Source: a virus (Duplodnaviria > Heunggongvirae > Uroviricota > Caudoviricetes). From it: a DNA stretch of 64,000 nucleotides. Position numbers and translations under genes: made by a program. Under the pieces are notes generated by a model that worked only from the letters and a program-made list of their open reading frames with translations, had not been told where the DNA came from and ran no database searches. Numbering within the stretch: the stretch's first letter is position 1; each line of letters begins with the position of its first letter. Below, piece by piece: positions 47,371 through 57,033 of the stretch. Location: positions 75,064-139,063 of IMG/VR virus record IMGVR_UViG_3300006226_001702. One strand, written 5' to 3'.

Positions 47371-48033
47371 CTATAATTCTAATAATTTATTTAAAGTTTC
47401 TTCTGCGCTATTTCCAGGTTGAACAGTTTTCCAGACTTCATATTCACCACCATCTTTATGAACCATTGAAGCCATATCTTCATAAGCTTGTTTAACTCTA
47501 GTTTCAAAAGAGTCACCGGCTGTTTCAAACAAATCATTTACTCCAATAGAACGATTTCCCACTCTATCTGGAAAATAGTAAATGATATTTGGTGTTACAT
47601 CTGGATAAGGATTTTTGAAAAAGTTTATAACATGCATTACTTTTTCTTTTGAATGATACTTTAACATATCATCAATAATTTGCTTGCCATAAAATTGATA
47701 AGCAATGCACGAATAAGTGTGTCTATCACATATAACAGTTTTACCTGCTTTCAAGTTCGGTCTAATTATTTTGGCAATGCATTCAGCTTTATCCAACATA
47801 AATGCATGCATATTTCCATAAGAAGATAATTCCCATCGTTTATCTTTACAAAGAGAACGAAGCGTTGTTGCTAATGGACCCCAATCACCACCAGGTTGTC
47901 TAGTCATAATTGTGTCAATTCCCTCTGAGTTTAGTTTATCGGCCAAAAGTTTTGCAACACTAGTTTTTCCAGTAGCGTCAAAACCTTCAAACACGATAAA
48001 TTTATTCTTGAATTTGTTCATTAAAAGCTCCAT
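47371..48033 (-). CDS. tmk: Thymidylate kinase-like dNMP kinase
   Basis: FIVFEGFDATGKT, TRQPGG, VICDRH. Confidence 0.85.
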   Translation of the reverse strand: MELLMNKFKNKFIVFEGFDATGKTSVAKLLADKLNSEGIDTIMTRQPGGDWGPLATTLRSLCKDKRWELSSYGNMHAFMLDKAECIAKIIRPNLKAGKTVICDRHTYSCIAYQFYGKQIIDDMLKYHSKEKVMHVINFFKNPYPDVTPNIIYYFPDRVGNRSIGVNDLFETAGDSFETRVKQAYEDMASMVHKDGGEYEVWKTVQPGNSAEETLNKLLEL

Positions 48034-48253
48034 AGCTTAATTTAGTCATAATACTGTCACCTTGAATCGCTACAAAATCAGCAGCTCTTAACTCTAAAAT
48101 TATTTTAGATAACTCAATAAAGTTTATATTTCCACCAGCATCAAGTTTAGTGTGAATTAAATGTTCGAGACAATTTAACACACCATCTCTAGTGTTATCA
48201 GAAACTAAATGAATTTCTTTTTCGCTCAATAACATGCGCTTTCCAGATGACAT
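48002..48253 (-). CDS. Hypothetical protein
   Basis: 83-aa ORF in operon. Confidence 0.6.
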   Translation of the reverse strand: MSSGKRMLLSEKEIHLVSDNTRDGVLNCLEHLIHTKLDAGGNINFIELSKIILELRAADFVAIQGDSIMTKLSYGAFNEQIQE

Positions 48254-48262
48254 TATTATTTC

Positions 48263-48904
48263 CTATTTTAGATTATCGTCATAAATATCGTTATATGCCG
48301 TTTCAGTCATGTTCAAATTAGTTATTTTAGTTTGATAAATGTCGTCAACATCTTTTTCTTCTGTAACTTTTGCATATAAATTAAGAGCACCTTTAAATTC
48401 TGCTTTTGGTGAGAAATTAATGTCTTCAGCAACTTGTGTACAACCAAAATTTATCTCATCAGCAAGCTCACAAATAGTAGCTTGAAAACCTTTCATGTTA
48501 TCTATTGCGGCCCAAGTTTCGTCAATGTCATTTACTCTAACATCTTTGTTTTTAACTTTAATCTCAATACCATGAGCTGCCATTGCTTCAAAGTATGGCT
48601 CTAACAAATCTGGATTACCAGTTGCATACAAGTCATCAATTATTTGAAGTAACTTCTTAAAAGTTGGACTCACTCTGTCCTTAAATTTTTCATTTGGGTC
48701 GAGCTCTAATGGGTTACCCATCCAGCCTCTTTTGTGGTAGTAAGAATAATCCTTACAACGAATCATGACAGGCTTCTCGATTTTTTGCATCTTTGCCATA
48801 TCTGCTGCCACCATGTTCATATGCTTTGAAGCAGTTTTCTTTTCAGTTAAAAGACCATAAGCTTCCGATAGCAATTCTTTTGGTGTCGTTTGTTTTTCTG
48901 ACAT
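48263..48904 (-). CDS. Hypothetical protein
   Basis: 213-aa ORF; SD AAGGAG; class II motif at 48924-48932. Confidence 0.7.
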   Translation of the reverse strand: MSEKQTTPKELLSEAYGLLTEKKTASKHMNMVAADMAKMQKIEKPVMIRCKDYSYYHKRGWMGNPLELDPNEKFKDRVSPTFKKLLQIIDDLYATGNPDLLEPYFEAMAAHGIEIKVKNKDVRVNDIDETWAAIDNMKGFQATICELADEINFGCTQVAEDINFSPKAEFKGALNLYAKVTEEKDVDDIYQTKITNLNMTETAYNDIYDDNLK

Positions 48905-48931
48905 ATTTTATCTCCTTGAATGTTATATTAA

Positions 48932-49786
48932 CTATTGTATAAATCCAGAATTTGGATTTTCATACATCTTTTTGACTTCTGGTTGATTATGTAGATATTC
49001 AAAATACTCTTTAATGATTTTATCAAGTAATTCAAAGTCTCTTTCATAAATGTGAAGTGAGCCTGCATTCCAATAAATGTTTCCACGTTCTGGATCCATG
49101 CTACTAAACATTCTAATATCTTTTAGAAAATATTCATAAACAAATCCATGCCATGGTAAGTCACCACAATGAAGTCCTCTAATAACATCATTACTTCTCA
49201 TTGTAACAATATAATCAAATCTATTTTTTCTAATAAAATGTTGTGTTGTTATAGTACAAGTAAAATCAGATTTAGCATTTATTCCATCATTCCATTCCCA
49301 TTGCATTTGTGGACGACCATAATAGATTATTGACTGTCTTCCATCTGGTTTTTCAATAAGTTGTTCTAAAGCATATTTATATTGAGATTTTTCAACTTTA
49401 TTTCTTGGTATATAAATATGTCTTTTATTATCAGTAAGTCCATCATAATAGATCCTTCCATTTTCTGGACTAAAAACACACCAACCATAATTTGAATTAA
49501 CTCGGCCATCATCAGTACAAATGCGGGACCAAATTTTATTATCTTCAATTCCCTTATGTCCCTTAATACATCTGTCTTGACTCATGTACCATTTGTGTTC
49601 ATTTTCTATATATTTATGTTGAGCTTTTCTGGATTCACCAAGATGAAGTTTAGTATCAGTTGCATCAAAAACAAGATTTGCATTAATGATTTCAGCTGTT
49701 CCTGCAACTAAATCATTTTTCTTAATTTTTTCCTGTAATGGAATTAAAACATTTTCAATGAGATAAATAGCGTTTTTTGTGTACAT
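48932..49786 (-). CDS. dCMP hydroxymethylase-like enzyme (T4 gp42 branch of the thymidylate synthase superfamily)
   Basis: NSNYGW..F, RQSIIYYGRPQMQ, DFTCT, MRSNDV..G....DLPW and IYWNAGSLHIY mirror T4 gp42 (DFMCT, MRSNDVVFGFRNDYAW, IIWNVGSLHVY, as recalled). Confidence 0.8.
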   Translation of the reverse strand: MYTKNAIYLIENVLIPLQEKIKKNDLVAGTAEIINANLVFDATDTKLHLGESRKAQHKYIENEHKWYMSQDRCIKGHKGIEDNKIWSRICTDDGRVNSNYGWCVFSPENGRIYYDGLTDNKRHIYIPRNKVEKSQYKYALEQLIEKPDGRQSIIYYGRPQMQWEWNDGINAKSDFTCTITTQHFIRKNRFDYIVTMRSNDVIRGLHCGDLPWHGFVYEYFLKDIRMFSSMDPERGNIYWNAGSLHIYERDFELLDKIIKEYFEYLHNQPEVKKMYENPNSGFIQ

Positions 49787-49807
49787 ATTCCTTTCCTTAA
49801 GTTTATT

Positions 49808-50356
49808 TTATAAAAACTTATTTGCGTGTAAATGATGTTTAACTTCATCAAATACTTGTTCTATTGTCTTTCCAGTTATATTGATTAATGTTTTGTGTTT
49901 AATGTTACTCTTTTCATAAAACTCTTTGAAACGATTTATCTCATCAGTTTTCTTTTCAAGTTCAACTGAAAAAGATTTTCCATCATCTCTGCTAATTAAA
50001 TCTTGTGGGTCAGCAACGAATACATATAATTTTATATTATTTAAGACTCGCCTGCCAAATCTTTCTTCAATTTCATAAACATAGTCACCAATGTAATTTC
50101 TATAAATTGAACTATAAACTGTTTCACCACCATGTGCTCTATCCATTGCAAGATTCAAATTATTATAAGTGGCGAACTTAATTAGATTAAACATTTCTGT
50201 GTAATGACGTTCTGATTTCTCTTTAACATTATCTCCCTTAATAGATGAATAATGCAAAACATGAATCGTTTGTCCATTTTCTTCCAGATATTTTTTGATT
50301 AAATCTAACTGTGTTGATTTTCCAACCCTATCAGGTCCTTCTATCAAAATAACCAT
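49808..50356 (-). CDS. Second nucleoside-monophosphate kinase (P-loop)
   Basis: ILIEGPDRVGKST, MDRAH..E.VY. Confidence 0.8.
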   Translation of the reverse strand: MVILIEGPDRVGKSTQLDLIKKYLEENGQTIHVLHYSSIKGDNVKEKSERHYTEMFNLIKFATYNNLNLAMDRAHGGETVYSSIYRNYIGDYVYEIEERFGRRVLNNIKLYVFVADPQDLISRDDGKSFSVELEKKTDEINRFKEFYEKSNIKHKTLINITGKTIEQVFDEVKHHLHANKFL

Positions 50357-50387
50357 TATTTTCCCTCTTCTTATTTTATAAATTAAC

Positions 50388-51056
50388 TTAGATTTCTTCG
50401 CCAGTTAGATTCTTATATTCAAGTGTATAACGCTCTTTCTCTTCTTCACTTAAAGTTTCAGGTTCATTCCTCAATTTGTTAAATAAAAAATGAATTCTTG
50501 CCCCAATTTCTGCGTTATAATTAAGTCCCTCTTCTGATAGTTTTAAGTTAACTGGTTCTTGATCTTTTTTACCAAATAAATTGATGTTTAACTTAAGTTT
50601 ACCATTATTTTCAAATAACTTATCATAATTGATACTATTTTCTATCATTACTTGTGGCCACATCATATTCTCTTTAATAAAAAGACTAATGAATAATGAA
50701 ACTTTTTCTGATATTGAAGCGTCCTTAAGTGACTCCTTAAAAGCTTCTCTATGAGATTTATTGGGCCATTGAAATGATTTTTTCATTTTACAATGCTTAC
50801 TGTTTTTAACGTAATTATCAATCCATTGTTTGCATCTATATTGTTCACCAGCGGGAACAGCTCTGTTTAATTCACAAATGTAATTACTTCTGTGATAAAA
50901 TAAACCATCAGTAGCATGAATTGTCTTTTTGACTTTACAATTTTTTAATCCTTGCTTTTTTGCATAATCAAATAAATAAGCTTTTAATTCGTTAAATCTT
51001 TTAAATTGATCTGCATCTTTTTCTACTCGTTCTTCATCTAAACTTTTATGTATCAT
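50388..51056 (-). CDS. Hypothetical protein
   Basis: 222-aa ORF. Confidence 0.65.
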   Translation of the reverse strand: MIHKSLDEERVEKDADQFKRFNELKAYLFDYAKKQGLKNCKVKKTIHATDGLFYHRSNYICELNRAVPAGEQYRCKQWIDNYVKNSKHCKMKKSFQWPNKSHREAFKESLKDASISEKVSLFISLFIKENMMWPQVMIENSINYDKLFENNGKLKLNINLFGKKDQEPVNLKLSEEGLNYNAEIGARIHFLFNKLRNEPETLSEEEKERYTLEYKNLTGEEI

Positions 51057-51734
51057 TTAAACTCCTATTTCTAAAAAATGTTGGCCAACAGATGCATGAT
51101 TATATTTTAGTTTTTTAGTAAAGCAATATTGTGCAACTTTATCTTTTCCATTATTTTTAGTATCAAGAATAATAAGCTTGTGGTCTAACTTATATTTTCC
51201 TCTAATTTCTGTGATTAAATCATCTTGGTCATTCAATACTATAATTGAAGAAAATTGATGATTTATTATTTCCTGTAAAGCGAGCTGCCCATAATCTTTA
51301 TTTTTTAATAATCCATAAGTGCAGTTAAAATATTGATAAAATTGTCTGTTACCAGTAAAATCAGTTGGGACACCAGCCCAAATACAGAATGGTGGACGAA
51401 CTTGGTCAGGACGAAGCTTTAAAGTTTTTTGTACGTCTAATGAATTACGAGATAATACTCTATTGAAATTATCCCATTCCAACCAATGCTTTTCTTTTTC
51501 AATAACGCCGCCAGTAAAAACTATAAATACAGATAGAGTTCCATTTATTGCATTTAACCATTCTTGTTCTAAGTCTTGTTCTTTTATTTTCTCAACAATA
51601 TCATTATATAAAGTTGAATGATCATTCTTTTTTAATTCTTCATCATTTTCTCCAATGTCCAACTTTACTGCTGGTTGGCCATTACCTGGTCCAAATGGAA
51701 TTAAACCAAAATCTACTTTATTGATTTTTAACAT
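51057..51734 (-). CDS. Hypothetical protein, possibly a degenerate QueE/NrdG-like fold
   Basis: MLKINKV...GPGNGQPAV and IVFTGG; no CxxxCxxC. Confidence 0.5.
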   Translation of the reverse strand: MLKINKVDFGLIPFGPGNGQPAVKLDIGENDEELKKNDHSTLYNDIVEKIKEQDLEQEWLNAINGTLSVFIVFTGGVIEKEKHWLEWDNFNRVLSRNSLDVQKTLKLRPDQVRPPFCIWAGVPTDFTGNRQFYQYFNCTYGLLKNKDYGQLALQEIINHQFSSIIVLNDQDDLITEIRGKYKLDHKLIILDTKNNGKDKVAQYCFTKKLKYNHASVGQHFLEIGV

Positions 51735-52128
51735 TAAGTTTTTCCCTCATTTCTTTTTTGATATCTTCTTTATTTTCAATAAACATATCAACTCTTCTTC
51801 TCAATTCCTCAAATGCTTTTCTAAAAGTTACTGAACCTCGAGGTGCTTCTGTTGTAAAGAGCTCTGCTACTGCATATTCAGAATGATCCGTTTCATCATG
51901 ATAGTATAGCGTCATTCTATCATTTATGCCTGGACGAATTGCGCATCTTAATCCTTTGTCAATAGTATATTCCATAATATCATCCATCAAAGGATCCGTC
52001 TTAAACTCATGTAACATTCTTTGGTCATTTGGTCCAGGAGCTACTTCAACTTTTTTCTTGTAAAGAATAAAACCAAAAATGATAATTGCCAGCAGTTGTG
52101 CTGCTTGTAGTATAATAATCGTACTCAT
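51718..52128 (-). CDS. Single-pass membrane protein
   Basis: N-terminal TM followed by KKK; class II motif at 52134-52142. Confidence 0.65.
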   Translation of the reverse strand: MSTIIILQAAQLLAIIIFGFILYKKKVEVAPGPNDQRMLHEFKTDPLMDDIMEYTIDKGLRCAIRPGINDRMTLYYHDETDHSEYAVAELFTTEAPRGSVTFRKAFEELRRRVDMFIENKEDIKKEMREKLNVKNQ

Positions 52129-52132
52129 GTTC

Positions 52133-54013
52133 TTATATTAACCTCAAAAAATTTGTTTGTGCTTCATAATCTCCGCCCAAAGTTAGTTTCCATTCTTCAG
52201 GTGTGAGTGTGTTTTTTCTAATAAGTCCGTCAAGAACTTTCCCCTTTTGTTCTAAGTTCAACAACATTAAATTATCAATAGAATTATGATAACATAAGTT
52301 ATAATATCTAGTTTCCTCATCTTGTCCAATGCGATGAATTCTTCCTCTGAATTGCTCATAAGTTATGTATGCCCAAGTTCTCTCAAAGAAAACTGCTGCT
52401 TTACATTCAGTTAACGTAAAAGAAGAATTAGCAATATTTATTGATGCAAGAAGAATCTTATTTTTGCTTTTCTTAAAATCAGCAATTAATGGAAAACGAT
52501 CTTCCTTTGCGACATCAGCTGATATTACATGAAAATCAAATTTAAGATGCTGTTTCAAACATTCAAGCGTAATTGGATGATAATATGATATGATAATTTT
52601 GTTATCTTTTTCTACACACTCCTCTTCAATAATTGCATCCAATAATTTTAACTTTTCAAAATCTCTTTCAAAATTAAAGTTCTTAACATTTTGTTGTAAT
52701 ATTGGGTCGAACTTATCAAAGTTTGGCGTCTTTAATAAACACAATGGATTATCAATAGATAATTGTAAATATTGGAATGTATTAGTTAAATTAGCAACCA
52801 ATCCGGCATTATTTGAAAAGTTTCTTTTCTTAACATCATTAATAACTTCATATGTAAATGCCTCATAAATTTCTCTATGTGGTTTAGACATGTTCGTATA
52901 AATAGTTGGCACATCATAAGCTGTTGGAAGATTTAATAAACTTTTTTCTCTTTTAACAGCATAATTTTTATATAAGTTGTCTTGCAATTCAGTCCACTTT
53001 TGATAATTCCAAGTGTCTTTATTTATTCCATAACGGGACCATTTATTTCCCAATGTGCAATATTCAGTTAACCAATTTGTGTAATCTAATCCATTTACTA
53101 GAGCATTATTTAGCACTTTTAATAACAGATACATCTTCTCTTCTTTGTCAGAAGGAGTTGCACTAAATTGATAACGATATTCAAAATATTGCAAGTTCAT
53201 GTCAATAAACTTTGACCTCAAAGAACTTGGACTTCCTAAAAAGTGGCACTCATCTAAAAATAATAATCCTTTATATTTTCCAAACCATTCTTTTAATGGA
53301 AGAGGTGATTTTCTATATTTAACTTTTTTAGTTCTTTTATTTATAGCCTTATCATAAGCATCCCCAATAGACCTAAATGAATCATATCCACAAATTATTA
53401 TATCATAATCTTTATCAAAAACTAATCTATCTTTTAATGATGATATTGATTTAATAACGAGCGTTTTTTCTTCATCATAATCTTTAATAAACTTTTTTAA
53501 TTCATGTGGCAAGTTTAAAACACCAATGGGAGAAGTTAAAATAATTGCTTTGTAACATTCACCAGCTAATCTCAAATGTGATAACAGAGCAGCAAGCACG
53601 TAACTTTTTCCTAATCCAGTTGCATGCGCAAATAAAAATCTGTTTTGATTTAAGCCTCGAACTATATCAATTTCTTGAAAACTTCTAATATCTTTTTCAA
53701 CTTGATATGGTTCACATAATAAAAGTTCTTGATTAAACTTGCGATATTCTGAACGCTTATTTATAACTTTTAATTCATCTATATTGTCAAAATATTTAAT
53801 TATTTCTCTTTTGTCATATTCATTTAAGTCAATGTGGTAAGGCTCTAATTCTTTGAAAACTTCGTTAAACTTCCCCACACCAATTTGCCAAATCTTTTTA
53901 GTTGGTTCAAATCTAGCGCCTAATAATTTTAACGTTTCAATTTGCTCACTAAATTGATTTCCTGAGGGTTTAATGTTTAATAGTTTTTCATCATCATAAC
54001 TTAACTGTATCAT
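52133..54013 (-). CDS. SNF2-like SF2 helicase/ATPase
   Basis: ATGLGKS, LDECH, FSATP, QFRGRIHRIGQ. Confidence 0.85.
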   Translation of the reverse strand: MIQLSYDDEKLLNIKPSGNQFSEQIETLKLLGARFEPTKKIWQIGVGKFNEVFKELEPYHIDLNEYDKREIIKYFDNIDELKVINKRSEYRKFNQELLLCEPYQVEKDIRSFQEIDIVRGLNQNRFLFAHATGLGKSYVLAALLSHLRLAGECYKAIILTSPIGVLNLPHELKKFIKDYDEEKTLVIKSISSLKDRLVFDKDYDIIICGYDSFRSIGDAYDKAINKRTKKVKYRKSPLPLKEWFGKYKGLLFLDECHFLGSPSSLRSKFIDMNLQYFEYRYQFSATPSDKEEKMYLLLKVLNNALVNGLDYTNWLTEYCTLGNKWSRYGINKDTWNYQKWTELQDNLYKNYAVKREKSLLNLPTAYDVPTIYTNMSKPHREIYEAFTYEVINDVKKRNFSNNAGLVANLTNTFQYLQLSIDNPLCLLKTPNFDKFDPILQQNVKNFNFERDFEKLKLLDAIIEEECVEKDNKIIISYYHPITLECLKQHLKFDFHVISADVAKEDRFPLIADFKKSKNKILLASINIANSSFTLTECKAAVFFERTWAYITYEQFRGRIHRIGQDEETRYYNLCYHNSIDNLMLLNLEQKGKVLDGLIRKNTLTPEEWKLTLGGDYEAQTNFLRLI

Positions 54014-55155
54014 TATTGGCTCTTATAGAAATTATATTTCTTATTTTTATTATATTTGAATGGAGCATGATTACAATTATGTTTTACGAATAAAATATCT
54101 TCTTCTGAGTAAGAATCCTGCAATCCATTAGTTTCAATAAATAAATCTTTATAATAAGTATATTCTTCTGACGAGCGGCAATATTTCCATTTTTTAACTG
54201 CCCACTGTAAATTATATTTTCTTGGCTTTGGAGCATTTTTCAAATACAAGTTACAATATTTTCTAGCTTGTTCCAAATCAATTTTAGTCCAATCTAAAAC
54301 TATATATGAAAATCTCTTTTGAGTCTTTAATACATTTTTATGATACAACATTGGCTCTTTGGACAATAAGTTTTTAGTATGAAGTCGAACTATATTTCCC
54401 ATGCCTTGAGTTGTTTTTGGCCATTGCCACATTCTTCCGAAGTGTACTAAGTCACTTAAGTTAACGAATAATTTCCACTCAAAATAAGATTCATTATCTG
54501 AGTTTTCAATTCTAAATACACCATATTTTGGTTTACTGCTTTGATTATATGCTCTTAAATTAAAGTTTAGAAATGCATCTGAAAAAGTTATATTTTTTAT
54601 GTTACCAGTTCTTCTATTATTAAACATATCATAATATTCAAAATCATGAGTTGTAAAATCAATTAAGCCAAACCAATGTACTAAATCAACTTTACTATAA
54701 TTAAATAAATCAGATATGTAAATTTCGTAATTTTTAAGTTTAGTTGGTTGATATGGAATTAAACCAAGCCCCATAGCATGCTGTAACTCTTTACAATCAA
54801 CCATTAAAAATAAATCACCACAAGTAAAGAAAATGTATCTACCTAAATGAAAATATTTGTAATCCTCTATTGGAAATTGAATTGAATTGCTGATATCTAA
54901 ACAGGAAGATAATCTAACAGGATGCTCATCAATTTTAAGATGTCCATAAACTCTATTATCAGAAGAATTAGTCATTGTACATCTTGGATGTAATTTGCTG
55001 ATTCGATGCATTCCAAATACTGTTTTAATTACAGCAGCATAATATTTGTTAAAATTATCATTGAGAAATTTTAGATTACTAATTTTATCTTGAGACTTCC
55101 ATTTGTTATGAACTGATTTAGAAACTAATGTAGCCCAATTGTTATAATTTCTCAT
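54013..55155 (-). CDS. Hypothetical protein
   Basis: 380-aa ORF; GTTAATTTA-GAGAT-ATG start. Confidence 0.65.
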   Translation of the reverse strand: MRNYNNWATLVSKSVHNKWKSQDKISNLKFLNDNFNKYYAAVIKTVFGMHRISKLHPRCTMTNSSDNRVYGHLKIDEHPVRLSSCLDISNSIQFPIEDYKYFHLGRYIFFTCGDLFLMVDCKELQHAMGLGLIPYQPTKLKNYEIYISDLFNYSKVDLVHWFGLIDFTTHDFEYYDMFNNRRTGNIKNITFSDAFLNFNLRAYNQSSKPKYGVFRIENSDNESYFEWKLFVNLSDLVHFGRMWQWPKTTQGMGNIVRLHTKNLLSKEPMLYHKNVLKTQKRFSYIVLDWTKIDLEQARKYCNLYLKNAPKPRKYNLQWAVKKWKYCRSSEEYTYYKDLFIETNGLQDSYSEEDILFVKHNCNHAPFKYNKNKKYNFYKSQ

Positions 55156-55164
55156 ATCTCTAAA

Positions 55165-55521
55165 TTAACTGAACTTCTTTTCGTATGCTGCTTTAACTTC
55201 TTCGTAAACTTCTCTTAATGAATCAACGAATGACCAACAAGCCTCTTTTTCCGTTAAAAAGAAACCAGTACTAATATCTGTTTTTAATTCTACCTTATCG
55301 AATCTTTCGTCTTTTAATTCAGCTAAAATTGCTCCCTCTTTTTCGTCTAATCCTTCAATGTGATTATTAGAATCATGAAATCTAACGAATGTTAATTCTC
55401 TAGTTTCAAGAACTCCTTCACTATCTCCATCTTTAGAAAATTCAACAGTATAAAGTTTATCACCTTCTTTTAGGCTGTTAAAATCTATTTCACTTATTTG
55501 TGGTAACGTTTGTCTTTGCAT
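55165..55521 (-). CDS. Hypothetical protein
   Basis: 118-aa ORF; SD GAGG; class II motif at 55536-55544. Confidence 0.7.
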   Translation of the reverse strand: MQRQTLPQISEIDFNSLKEGDKLYTVEFSKDGDSEGVLETRELTFVRFHDSNNHIEGLDEKEGAILAELKDERFDKVELKTDISTGFFLTEKEACWSFVDSLREVYEEVKAAYEKKFS

Positions 55522-55542
55522 ATAACCTCTTACTTTAAATTA

Positions 55543-55560
55543 ACTGCCCCGAAGGGCAGC
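55543..55560 (-). terminator. Intrinsic terminator with UUCG tetraloop after uraA
   Basis: GCTGCCC-TTCG-GGGCAGT followed by an AT-rich tract. Confidence 0.75.
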
Positions 55561-55568
55561 CGTTATTT

Positions 55569-56819
55569 CTATTTCTTCAAGTTAACTATTAAGTTTGCAA
55601 CAATCCCAAGAACTGCTCCAAGTGCGACACCAGATAATGAGAATTGACCAGCATTCAATGCAAGGCCTCCCAAACTTGGTGCTAAAATACAAGCTGTTAC
55701 ACACAAGTTTTTGTTATCAGAATAATCAACTCCATTTTTAACTAACATTCTTAATCCACTTGCTGCTATTAAACTGAAGAGCAACATACAGACACCACCA
55801 AGAACTGGCGTTGGAATAGTTTGAATTACAGCTCCAAACTTTCCAAAGAATGAAATAACTATTGCAATAATTGCGCCTAAACCAATGACCCAAACTGAAT
55901 AAACTTTAGTGATAGACAATACACCAACATTTTCTCCGTATGAGGTGTTTGGCGGTCCACCAAATAATGCAGCGAAAGAAGTTGCTAAACCATCACCAAT
56001 TAAAGTTCGATGAACTCCTGGGTCCTTAAACAATTCTCTATTAGTTATTGAACTCACTGCATACACATCACCAAAGTGTTCAATCATTGTTGCAATTGAC
56101 ACAATTAAGAATACGACAATTGCTGCCCATGAAAATTGTGGAACTATTATCTGTGGGAAATTAAGCCAAGGTGCAGACGCTACAATACTAAAATTGATTA
56201 AATTGTATGCTGGAAAAAATTGTCCCATTATTAAAGTGAAAACATAACCAACGATTATGCCACCAAGAATTGGAATAATTTTGAAAAATCCCTTAGAAAA
56301 AACAGACAAGAAAATAGTTGCCGCAAGTGAGACTGCTGCAATTGATAGTAAAACTAAACTGTAACCATTACCTGCACCGTCTAAAGTCATAGCCATATTT
56401 ACTGCAACTGGTGCTAAATACAAACCAATTGAAATAATAACTGAACCAATAACGACTGGAGGGAAAACAGTGTCAAACCATTTAGTGCCGAACTTCTTAA
56501 TAATTGATGCAATTATAATGTAGAATAAACCAACACATATCGCACCACCCATTGCATAACTCCAACCTAAACTACTGCTAATTGCAATTAGTGCTGGAAT
56601 AAACGCAAACGAACTCCCCAAAAACATTGGTACCTTAGCTCCAGTAATTGCAATAAAAAGCAAGGTACCAATACCTGCTGTAAATAATGCCGTTAGTGGA
56701 TTAAGTCCAACTATTATTGGGACTAGAATTGTTGCTCCAAACATTGCAAACACATGTTGGAAACTTAATACAAACCAAGATGCAATCGATTTTGGCTTCT
56801 CGTGAATGTCATAAACCAT
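55569..56819 (-). CDS. uraA: Uracil permease (NAT/NCS2 family)
   Basis: QHVFAMFGATILVP, LGSSFAF, FPPVVIG, EHFGD, HRTLIGDG, PNTSYGENVG, IPTPVLGG. Confidence 0.93.
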   Translation of the reverse strand: MVYDIHEKPKSIASWFVLSFQHVFAMFGATILVPIIVGLNPLTALFTAGIGTLLFIAITGAKVPMFLGSSFAFIPALIAISSSLGWSYAMGGAICVGLFYIIIASIIKKFGTKWFDTVFPPVVIGSVIISIGLYLAPVAVNMAMTLDGAGNGYSLVLLSIAAVSLAATIFLSVFSKGFFKIIPILGGIIVGYVFTLIMGQFFPAYNLINFSIVASAPWLNFPQIIVPQFSWAAIVVFLIVSIATMIEHFGDVYAVSSITNRELFKDPGVHRTLIGDGLATSFAALFGGPPNTSYGENVGVLSITKVYSVWVIGLGAIIAIVISFFGKFGAVIQTIPTPVLGGVCMLLFSLIAASGLRMLVKNGVDYSDNKNLCVTACILAPSLGGLALNAGQFSLSGVALGAVLGIVANLIVNLKK

Positions 56820-57033
56820 TAAAAATACTCCTTCTTCGTGGGTTTAATTTTTCTTTAACTTTTTCTTTTAATTTCTCTGTGCAATACTTTTTAGCTTCTG
56901 TTGCATCTTCAAATGATTTTTCTACAATGTCTGATGGCTTTCCCCAATAACAATTGTACATTTTATCTTCTAATTTAATTGTGTAAAATCCCGCTCCTGG
57001 GAAGTTTTTTGATTCTATTTTATATGATATCAT
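56809..57033 (-). CDS. Small WGR-domain-like protein
   Basis: FYTIKL......YWGK.....KSF.D..EAKK....KL.EK. Confidence 0.45.
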   Translation of the reverse strand: MISYKIESKNFPGAGFYTIKLEDKMYNCYWGKPSDIVEKSFEDATEAKKYCTEKLKEKVKEKLNPRRRSIFNGL

